Below are positions 55,854 through 64,000 of a stretch of 64,000 bases of DNA, one piece after another. A program made the translations under genes and the position numbers. The stretch covers positions 20,912,871 through 20,976,870 of the forward strand of contig NC_092676.1 in assembly GCF_964355755.1 (NCBI RefSeq). Reading direction: 5' to 3'. The stretch is from Antedon mediterranea. Its lineage: Eukaryota > Animalia > Echinodermata. How positions within the stretch are numbered: the stretch's first letter is position 1; each line of letters opens with the position of its first letter. The notes under the pieces are model-generated. The model saw only the letters and a program-made list of their open reading frames with translations. It searched no databases and was not told the DNA's origin.

Positions 55854-56756
55854 ATGATAGTCAACAATACCAACAATGTCGAGAAACAATGTTTCTATCC
55901 TATTTGGAGCGTAATCATTTTAAGTTTGATAGCAATAATCATCTTAGGTGGAAACTCCGTGGTTATTCACGTTATAGTGGCAACTAAAGCTCTAAAAACA
56001 ACCACTAACACATTGGTTGCAAGCTTGGCATTTGTTGATGTTTTATCAGGTTTAAATGGTATACTAACAATTGTAAAGGTAAACACTGAAGGAATTTGGT
56101 CTGAAAGTAAATATGGTAGGTTTACAGCATGTCAAAGCTCATCCGTGTTATGCTTGCCAACACTATCAATGGTATACATAACATGGTATTTAACATTATG
56201 TCACCATTGTATGTTAGCGGTTGAAAGATACCTGGCAGTGTTTCACCCATTTTATCACATTGGAAAAGTAAACAACCGCATGTTAATGAAGTGGATATTT
56301 GCTTCATGGCTTTTTGTATCTTCTACACCTCTTCAATTAATATATATCCAGTATCCTTTTGATATGTACTTGCAAGCAATAATACCAACAAGCATGTTGA
56401 TGATGCTTTGCTTCGTTCATTTTCGAGTCTTTGTTAAAAGTAGACAAACTTTGCGTCAAATAGCAGCGACACAGGTGTCGCTTGAGGATTCTACTGCCGC
56501 AAATTCTAGAAAAAACTTCAAAGCTATAAGAATGACTTTGTTGATTCTGATTGGTTTCATATGCTGTGTTTTTCCCGCTGTTGCTATAAGTGTACAGACA
56601 CTAACTGGGAGCTTTCAATGTGCCAGTATGCTGGTAGGATATGCTTTGTTTTATTTTAATTCAGCGCTCAATCCAATTATCTACATTGCTTTAAGTCGGC
56701 CATTTCGAGAGGGATATGTTATAATATTGAAAAGAAGATTTCAATTTGTTAAATGA
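55854..56756 (+). CDS. Intronless class A GPCR, type A copy 1, 300 aa
   Basis: GN, SLAFVD, ERYLAVFHPF, FICCVFP, NSALNPIIY; N-glycosylation sequon in a short N-terminus. Confidence 0.93.
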   Translation: MIVNNTNNVEKQCFYPIWSVIILSLIAIIILGGNSVVIHVIVATKALKTTTNTLVASLAFVDVLSGLNGILTIVKVNTEGIWSESKYGRFTACQSSSVLCLPTLSMVYITWYLTLCHHCMLAVERYLAVFHPFYHIGKVNNRMLMKWIFASWLFVSSTPLQLIYIQYPFDMYLQAIIPTSMLMMLCFVHFRVFVKSRQTLRQIAATQVSLEDSTAANSRKNFKAIRMTLLILIGFICCVFPAVAISVQTLTGSFQCASMLVGYALFYFNSALNPIIYIALSRPFREGYVIILKRRFQFVK

Positions 56757-57120
56757 CTATTAACAAAAGTTGGACATACAAAGCTGCAAAGGAAATGAAA
56801 AAGGAAGAAATTAAATATGAAAACCGAATAGTAATCGTATCGCTTAAACGAAATGTCTGTAATTCAAGATCGATTGGATCTTCCACTCTGGTAATAAAAG
56901 ACGATTTCACTCTGATCGATAAGATGTGTGCCTTGATTGTCAGTTGATATTGGAATCTATGTATGGCTCTTTAATTGCATTTTTGACGAAGACACCGAGT
57001 TATATCAGATAGCAGTTAGTCATAAGCTGCAGTAGCAGAAGTTAGTATAATTAAAGTATTCTTATTTGTATTCTTAATTCTTGATTTATTACTGCAAGTT
57101 TTTAAATTCATTAAGTAATT

Positions 57121-58020
57121 ATGACGAACAAAACTACCACCAATGAAGATCCAGTACAGTGCGTTTACACCGGTTGGAGCTTGGCTATTTTTATTTTGAT
57201 AACGTTAATAATTTTACCCGGCAACTTTCTTGTTATATATTCCATTGTGACTATCAATGCATTGAAAACAACTACCAACACGCTGGTGGCCAGTTTAGCG
57301 GTTGTTGATCTTCTGACCGGTGTTAATGGTATCCTTATTATAATTGTACTCGCATCAGAAGGTATTTGGTTCGAGACAGAGGGAACTGTTGTAACGTGCT
57401 TATCAAATTCTCCGTTATGTCTCTTGTGTGGATCAATAATGATGTTATTATGGTGTCTTACATTGTTCCACCACTTTCTATTAGCACTTGAAAAATATTT
57501 GTCTATTTTCTACCCTTTCTTTTGTCATAAAAATATGACCCAGCGACTGACCATAAATATTATTTTATTTACTTGGTTGTTCAATATATCTTTAACTCCG
57601 TGGACGGTTATATATCGAAAATCAATACTATTTGTGTACGCTCAGTCTGTAATTACTGTATCTTTGTCAATTTTGTTTTGTTTTGTTTATATTAGAATTT
57701 ATTTAAAGGCTAAGGAAACTTTGCGCCAAATATCGTCGATGCAGACAACAGCCGGAAACCAAACGAGAAAAGTTAGCAATTTTAAAGCGAGTAGAATGAC
57801 ATTTCTTATTTTGTTTATTTTCTTCATTTGTTTTCTTCCTGTCAATGTTGTTACTGTAGTGATGTTGTTGGGTGTATTTGAATGTAAATTTATGTTAATA
57901 GGTTATGCGTTAATATATTTGAATTCTGCTATAAATCCTGTTGTATACGCCATTTGTAGTGAGACGTTTAGAGATGGATACGCTGTATCAATTAAAAGAA
58001 TGTTTTGCTGTGACCATTAA
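57121..58020 (+). CDS. Intronless class A GPCR, type B copy 1, 299 aa
   Basis: GN, SLAVVD, EKY (DRY variant), FFICFLP, NSAINPVVY. Confidence 0.93.
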   Translation: MTNKTTTNEDPVQCVYTGWSLAIFILITLIILPGNFLVIYSIVTINALKTTTNTLVASLAVVDLLTGVNGILIIIVLASEGIWFETEGTVVTCLSNSPLCLLCGSIMMLLWCLTLFHHFLLALEKYLSIFYPFFCHKNMTQRLTINIILFTWLFNISLTPWTVIYRKSILFVYAQSVITVSLSILFCFVYIRIYLKAKETLRQISSMQTTAGNQTRKVSNFKASRMTFLILFIFFICFLPVNVVTVVMLLGVFECKFMLIGYALIYLNSAINPVVYAICSETFRDGYAVSIKRMFCCDH

Positions 58021-58364
58021 AGATGTATTGTCCCCCTGGAAAAATAATTCTTAAAAACATTTTTGTTGAATATTCCATTTTAATGTAACATAATAGTTAT
58101 CCACTTGGACTAAAAATTGGATCGAAAAAAAATGTATTTACCTGAAAAAATGTAATTTAAAGCAAAACATGGTCAAATTGGCTGCCAGCCAATGGATTTT
58201 TGGTGGAATTTAACCATTTATTTTGTCATTTTATAATTGAAAACAATATTTTTTCGTTTTTTTTTCTATGGAAGTGATTAACTTTATTAAAACTACAAAA
58301 TAACATATTCAAAGTGTGATTGAATTAATCCTCATTTTTCATGTTTTTGGAGAACAATACATCT
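58021..58364. mobile_element. 344-bp TTAA-targeting MITE (Kolobok-like), copy 1
   Basis: TIR AGATGTATTGTCCCC...GGAGAACAATACATCT; left flank TTAA overlaps the B1 stop codon, right flank TTAT; AG...CT termini fit the Kolobok RR..YY pattern. Confidence 0.75.
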
Positions 58365-58368
58365 TTAT

Positions 58369-59013
58369 GGAATTTGGTCTGAAAGTAAAGAAGGAAGGTT
58401 TACAGCGTGTCAAAGCTCATCCGTGTTATGCTTGCCAACACTATCAATGATATACTTAACATGGTATTTAACATTATGTCACCATTGTATGTTAGCGGTT
58501 GAAAGATACCTGGCAGTGTTTCACCCATTTTATCACATTGGACAAGTAAACAATCGTATGTTAATGAAGTGGATATTTGCTTCATGGCTTTTTGTATCTT
58601 CTACACCTCTTCAATTAATATATATCCAGTATCCTTTTGATATGTACTTGCAAGCAATAATACCAACAAGCATGTTGATGATGCCTTGCTTCATTCATTT
58701 TCGAACTTTGCGTCAAATCGCAGCGACACAGGTGTCGCTTGAGGATTCTACTGCCGCAAATTCTAGAAAAAACTTCAAAGCTATAAGAATGACTTTGTTG
58801 ATTCTGATTGGTTTTATATGCTGTGTTTTTCCCGCTGTTGCGATAAGTGTACAGACACTAACTGGGAGCTTTCAATGTGCCAGTATGCTGGTAGGATATG
58901 CTTTGTTTTATTTAAATTCAGCGCTCAATCAAATTATCTACATTGCTTTAAGTCGGCCATTTCGAGAGGGATATGTTATAATATTGAAAAGAAGATTTCA
59001 ATTTGTTAAATGA
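58369..59013 (+). pseudogene. 5'-truncated type A GPCR (A2): lacks N-terminus, TM1 and TM2; 21-bp in-frame deletion; NPIIY changed to NQIIY
   Basis: Homology to A1 begins at GGAATTTGG (A1 56091) immediately after the MITE. Confidence 0.85.
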
Positions 59014-59378
59014 CTATTAACAAAAGTTGGACATACAAAGCTGCAAAGGAAATGAAAAAGGAAGAAATTAAATATGAAAACCGAATTGTAATCGTATCGC
59101 TTAAACGAAATGTCTGTAATTCAAGATCGATTGGATCTTCCACTCTGGTAATAAAAGACGATTTCACTCTGATCGATAAGATGTGTGCCTTGATTGTCAG
59201 TTGATATTGGAATCTATGTATGGCTCTTTAATTGCATTTTTGACGAAGACACCGAGTTATATCAGATATCAGTTAGTCATAAGCTGCAGTAGCAGAAGTT
59301 AGTTTAATTAAAGTATTCTTATTTGTATTCTTAATTCTTGATTTATTACTGCAAGTTTTTAAAGTGCATTAGGTAATT

Positions 59379-60278
59379 ATGACGAACAACACTACCACCA
59401 ATGAAGATCCAGTACAGTGCGTTTACACCGGTTGGAGCTTGGGCATTTTTATTTTAATCACGTTAATAATTTTACCTGGCAACTTTCTTGTTATATATTC
59501 CATTGTGACTATCAATGCATTGAAAACAACTACCAACACACTGGTGGCCAGTTTAGCAGTTGTTGATCTTTTAACCGGTTTGTATGGCATCCTTCTTATG
59601 GCTGTGACTACATCAGAAGGTATTTGGTTCGAGACAGAGGGAACTGTTGTAACGTGCTTATCAAATTCTCCGTTATGTCTCTTGTGTGGATCAATAATGA
59701 CGTTATTATGGTGTCTTACATTGTTCCACCACTTTCTATTAGCACTTGAAAAATATTTGTCTATTTTCTACCCATTCTTTTGTCATAAAAATATGACCCA
59801 GCGATTGACCATAAAGATTATTTTATTTACTTGGTTGTTCAATATATCTTTAACTCCGTGGACGGTTATATATCGAAGATCAATACTATTTATGTACGCT
59901 CAGTCTGTAATTACTGTATCTTTGTCAATTTCGTTTTGTTTTGTTTATATCAGAATTTATTTAAAGGCGAAGGAAACTTTGCGCCAAATAGCGTCGATGC
60001 AGTCAGCAGTGGGAAACCAAACGAGAAAAATTAGCAATTTTAAAGCGAGTAGAATGACATTTCTAATTTTGTTTATTTTCTTTATTTGTTTTCTTCCTGT
60101 CAATGTAGTTACTGTAGTGACATTGTTGGGTGTATTTCAATGTAAATTTATGTTAATAAGTTATGCATTATTATATTTGAATTCTGCTATAAATCTTGTT
60201 GTATACGCCATTTGTAGTGAGGCGTTTAGAGATGGATGCGTTGTGTCAATTAAAAGAATGTTTTGCTGTGACAATTAA
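59379..60278 (+). CDS. Intronless class A GPCR, type B copy 2, 299 aa (NPxxY changed to NLVVY)
   Basis: Full-length ORF, near-identical to B1. Confidence 0.88.
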   Translation: MTNNTTTNEDPVQCVYTGWSLGIFILITLIILPGNFLVIYSIVTINALKTTTNTLVASLAVVDLLTGLYGILLMAVTTSEGIWFETEGTVVTCLSNSPLCLLCGSIMTLLWCLTLFHHFLLALEKYLSIFYPFFCHKNMTQRLTIKIILFTWLFNISLTPWTVIYRRSILFMYAQSVITVSLSISFCFVYIRIYLKAKETLRQIASMQSAVGNQTRKISNFKASRMTFLILFIFFICFLPVNVVTVVTLLGVFQCKFMLISYALLYLNSAINLVVYAICSEAFRDGCVVSIKRMFCCDN

Positions 60279-60836
60279 TATAGTACGTTTTGTAATTATA
60301 GAAAGTGAAACACATTGTATAGTATAAGTATAAGTAGTATGTAAGTATTTAGTATAAGTATTAATTATAACTCTCCTTAATTACTCTTCTACCACGAAAC
60401 CCTAAAGCACCGTAGGAAATTCAGGTTTCAATATTCAATTACAACTTTCCTTTTTATTTCGTATTCACATCCGTACAAGCTACAATTTTAAAGATATAAA
60501 TATATTTAAAAAAAGACACTGGTATCATTATCATCTCAGGATTATTTTGTAATATTAAGCAAATAATTTGATTTACCCTTTTCCAATTTCAAAAAGTAAC
60601 CGTGTATCTTTAGCTAAGATAATGAAAGCCTAAATTAATGTTGATTGACGGGTTGTTTGTTTTCTGTCAGGCAGTTGATATGGAAATGAATAATGCTTTT
60701 GAATATCTTTTAATTGCATTTTCAAATTAAACTTGTTCATCATCGAGATGACATAACGTTAGACGACTCATTCAAGACTGTAACCAACTAGAAACGTTCG
60801 TGATAATCGTGAAATATTAGTGTAAATTACCCAAAA

Positions 60837-60975
60837 ATGACTAACAACACCACCAGAAGCGAGGATGCAACATACGAACAATGCATGTACACAAGTTGGA
60901 ACCTGGGCATTTTTATTTCAATAACGTTAATAATTTTACCGGGAAACTTTCTTGTTATATATTCCATTGTGACTA
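60837..60975 (+). pseudogene. 5' fragment of a B-related GPCR (type C: MTNNTTRSEDATYEQCMYTSWNLGIFISITLIILPGNFLVIYSIVT) interrupted by a Helitron
   Basis: Own translation from ATG 60837; TM1 nearly identical to type B; read-through into the Helitron stops at 60986. Confidence 0.85.
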
Positions 60976-62533
60976 TCTATATATAAATTTACGTAAGGGC
61001 AAAATTCGGTAAATCGCGCCTTACTTCTAGAATTTTTACTCGATGGTATATAAAGTTGGTTCGTACTTTCGGTACTGATTTTAACCACCTGATGTAACCC
61101 TGTTTACTAATTAAATTAAGTTAGATAATTAGTTATTGACGATTAAAACGAATTTAGGTTCAACGATTTGCCCCAAATAGGGGTGTTTTCCGATCGTGGT
61201 ATACACTGTCTAATGGATGTCCATCTTGAAAAATACCCGCCACAAAAATGCGAGGAGGCTTCGCATTTTCCTATCTCCTCCTACGATAACTGTTTTTAAT
61301 AGCTGAAAACTGGTTGAACAGTTCGAGTACAGCATCATAATGTTGAAGACAGGCCGATTTTCTTTAAAAAAATACTATTTTGATACATTTAATATACGTT
61401 TTTACAAATGTATTGATTTGTGATGAATGGAACATTCCAAATTATTTGGTTTAACCATACAGGTATAGATTTAGATTTATGGGCCCCCTTGGAGAATAAA
61501 CATAAATAGTATTGCAATGCTGTACAATACTGTTAAGGTATTAACCACTTTTGATCGCAATTTGAATCGCAAATTTCTTACTGTGAGAGTTGGTACTGTT
61601 AGATGTAATATAAAAATATATACAAATAAACTTTATTACTGTGAGTGTGGGTAGGCCCTACTGTTAGATTATAAACATATAATATACAAATAAACATTTC
61701 AAATTATTTGGTTTAACCATAGAGGTATAGATTTAGATTTATGGGCCCCTTGGAGAATAAACATAAATAGTATTGCAATGCTGTACAATACTGTTAAGGT
61801 ATTAACCACTTTTGATCGCAATTTGAATCGCAAATTTCTTACTGTAAGTGTTGGTACTGTTAGATGTAATATAAAAATATATACAAATAAACTTTATTAC
61901 TGTGAGTGTGGGTAGGCCCTACTGTTAGATTATAAACATATAATATACAAATAAATAAACGTTATTACTGACAGTTGCTTCTCAACGTTTGTATTAATTA
62001 ATAATTTAAAAATATATAAACGTCGTAGTGGTGTATCGTTACATGTACTTTACTATTTCAATCGACTATGACAGTGAGAGTTTTAACAAAGTACCGTATT
62101 AAATCGTAAATGTTTTACTGTATTTAGTGGTATATTATTTATAGGCCTATAAAACATTAAAAACAATATTTCGTTACTGAGTAGAATATATTTTAAAATA
62201 TTTCCTCTTTGTACCTATCTTCTTCCCCCATCCCTCAACCCTTAATGTTACATACAAAACACAAATTGGGTTTGTTTAAATGAGTCCAAATAAAAAAATT
62301 TGACTCATTTTGTTTCTCTCTCGGAAGTAATTCCCAGGGTGCTAATTTTGGTTGACTACATAAATCATTGTGTATATTTATTCGTTTCTGTAAACGACAA
62401 TGTATTATACCGTAGTCCCGCGGTACGTACATTTGAAATCTCCATTTTTTTCTCGCTGGAAATACTGTGTATTCGAGAACCATCTGTGGGCACGACCTAG
62501 ATGGTACGCGAGCGAAGCGAGCGTGCCATCTAG
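60976..62533 (+). mobile_element. Non-autonomous Helitron, copy 2, with an internal 262-bp tandem duplication (about 61431-61954)
   Basis: A|TC start and CTAG|T end; same 5' 450 bp and 3' 500 bp as 12990-14311. Confidence 0.9.
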
Positions 62534-62561
62534 TAGGTTAAATTAAATTAGGTTACATTAA

Positions 62562-62905
62562 AGATGTATTGTCCCCCTGGAAAAATAATTCTTAAAAACA
62601 TTTTTGTTGAATATTCCATTTTAATGTAACATAATAGTTATCCACTTGGACTAAAAATTGGATCGAAAAAAAATGTATTTACCTGAAAAAATGTAATTTA
62701 AAGCAAAACATGGTCAAATTGGCTGCCAGCCAATGGATTTTTGGTGGAATTTAACCATTTATTTTGTCATTTTATAATTGAAAACAATATTTTTTCGTTT
62801 TTTTTTCTATGGAAGTGATTAACTTTATTAAAACTACAAAATAACATATTCAAAGTTTGATTGAATTAATCCTCATTTTTCATGTTTTTGGGGAACAATA
62901 CATCT
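62562..62905. mobile_element. 344-bp TTAA-targeting MITE (Kolobok-like), copy 2
   Basis: Near-identical to 58021-58364; flanks TTAA / TTTA. Confidence 0.75.
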
Positions 62906-62909
62906 TTTA

Positions 62910-63575
62910 GGAATTTGGTCTGAAAGTAAAGAAGGAAGGTTTACAGCGTGTCAAAGCTCATCCGTGTTATGCTTGCCAACACTATCAATGATATACTTAA
63001 CATGGTATTTAACATTATGTCACCATTGTATGTTAGCGGTTGAAAGATACCTGGCAGTGTTTCACCCATTTTATCACATTGGAAAAGTAAACAACCGCAT
63101 GTTAATGAAGTGGATATTTGCTTCATGGCTTTTTGTATCTTCTACACCTCTTCAAGTAATATATATCCAGTATCCTTTTGATATGTACTTGCAAGCAATA
63201 ATACCAACAAGCATGTTGATGATGCTTTGCTTCATTCATTTTCGAATCTTTGTTAAAAGTAGACAAACTTTGCGTCAAATCGCAGTGACACAGGTGTCGC
63301 TTGAGGATTCTACTGCCGCAAATTCTAGAAAAAACTTCAAAGCTATAAGAATGACTTTGTTGATTCTGATTGGTTTTATATGCTGTGTTTTTCCCGCTGT
63401 TGCGATAAGTGTACAGACACTAACTGGGAGCTTTCAATGTGCCAGTATGCTGGTAGGATATGCTTTGTTTTATTTTAATTCAGCGCTCAATCCAATTATC
63501 TACATTGCTTTAAGTCGGCCATTTCGAGAGGGATATGTTATAATATTGAAAAGAAGATTTCAATTTGTTAAATGA
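62910..63575 (+). pseudogene. 5'-truncated type A GPCR (A3), TM3-TM7 frame intact
   Basis: Same breakpoint as A2; retains VKSRQ and NPIIY. Confidence 0.8.
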
Positions 63576-63916
63576 CTATTAACAAAAGATGGGCATACAA
63601 AGCTGCAAAGGAAACAAAAAAGAAGAAATTAATAAAATATGAAAACCGATTTGTAATCGTATCGCTTACCACTCTGGTAATAAAACGCGATTTCACTCTG
63701 ATCGATATGATGTGTTCCTTGATTGTCAGTTGATATTGGAATCTATAATGTATATGTATGGCTCTTTAATTGCATTTTTGACGAAGACACCGAGTTATAT
63801 CAGATATCAGTTAGTCATAAGCTGCAGTAGCAGAAGTTAGTATAATTAAAGTATTCTTATTTGTATTCTTAATTCTTGATTTATTACTGCAAGTTTTTAA
63901 AGTGCATTAAGTAATG

Positions 63917-64000
63917 ATGACGAACAACACTACCACCAATGAGGATCCAGTACAGTGCGTTTACACCGGTTGGAGCTTGGGCATTTTTATTTTAATCACG
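63917..64000 (+). CDS. Type B GPCR copy 3, 5' end only (runs off the window)
   Basis: MTNNTTTNEDPVQCVYTGWSLGIFILIT, identical to the B2 N-terminus; an extra in-frame ATG lies at 63914. Confidence 0.85.
   Translation, partial: MTNNTTTNEDPVQCVYTGWSLGIFILIT

Noticed and set aside
56753-56947. 64-aa ORF overlapping the A1 stop (ATGA), repeated identically at 59010-59204, suggesting a coupled small gene
   Set aside because: Identity reflects recent duplication; the third copy after 63572 has indels that break the frame.
56122-63126. Repeated antisense 61-aa ORFs (56122, 58400, 62941)
   Set aside because: Shadow ORFs of the duplicated GPCR coding strand.

Overview
AT-rich eukaryotic DNA, probably from a marine invertebrate deuterostome such as an echinoderm (inferred from a Deu-domain SINE, an Ets4/SPDEF-like gene and intronless GPCR arrays; the species cannot be determined). 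The window has three parts. (1) 1-19 kb is repeat-rich and looks CpG-poor: a minisatellite, hAT and Harbinger-type MITEs, a non-autonomous Helitron, a DeuSINE and one possible orphan exon. (2) A 6-exon PNT+ETS transcription factor gene (SPDEF/PDEF/Ets4 orthologue, minus strand, 19848-22372, about 330 aa) is followed by about 30 kb of gene-free upstream DNA carrying 12 perfect CRE palindromes. (3) 53.6-64 kb is a tandem array of single-exon class A GPCRs: 4 complete ORFs, 3 disrupted copies and 1 cut by the window edge. These receptors have an unusual extracellular architecture (long Cys-bearing ECL1, almost no ECL2), and the array's duplication breakpoints coincide with the ends of a TTAA-type MITE and a Helitron. 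Comparing repeat copies also shows that abundant short words (TACCGTA/TACGGTA, TAGGCCTA, probably TACAGTA/TACTGTA) arise as insertions at TA, consistent with transposon excision footprints. All calls were made by eye; no database searches were run.
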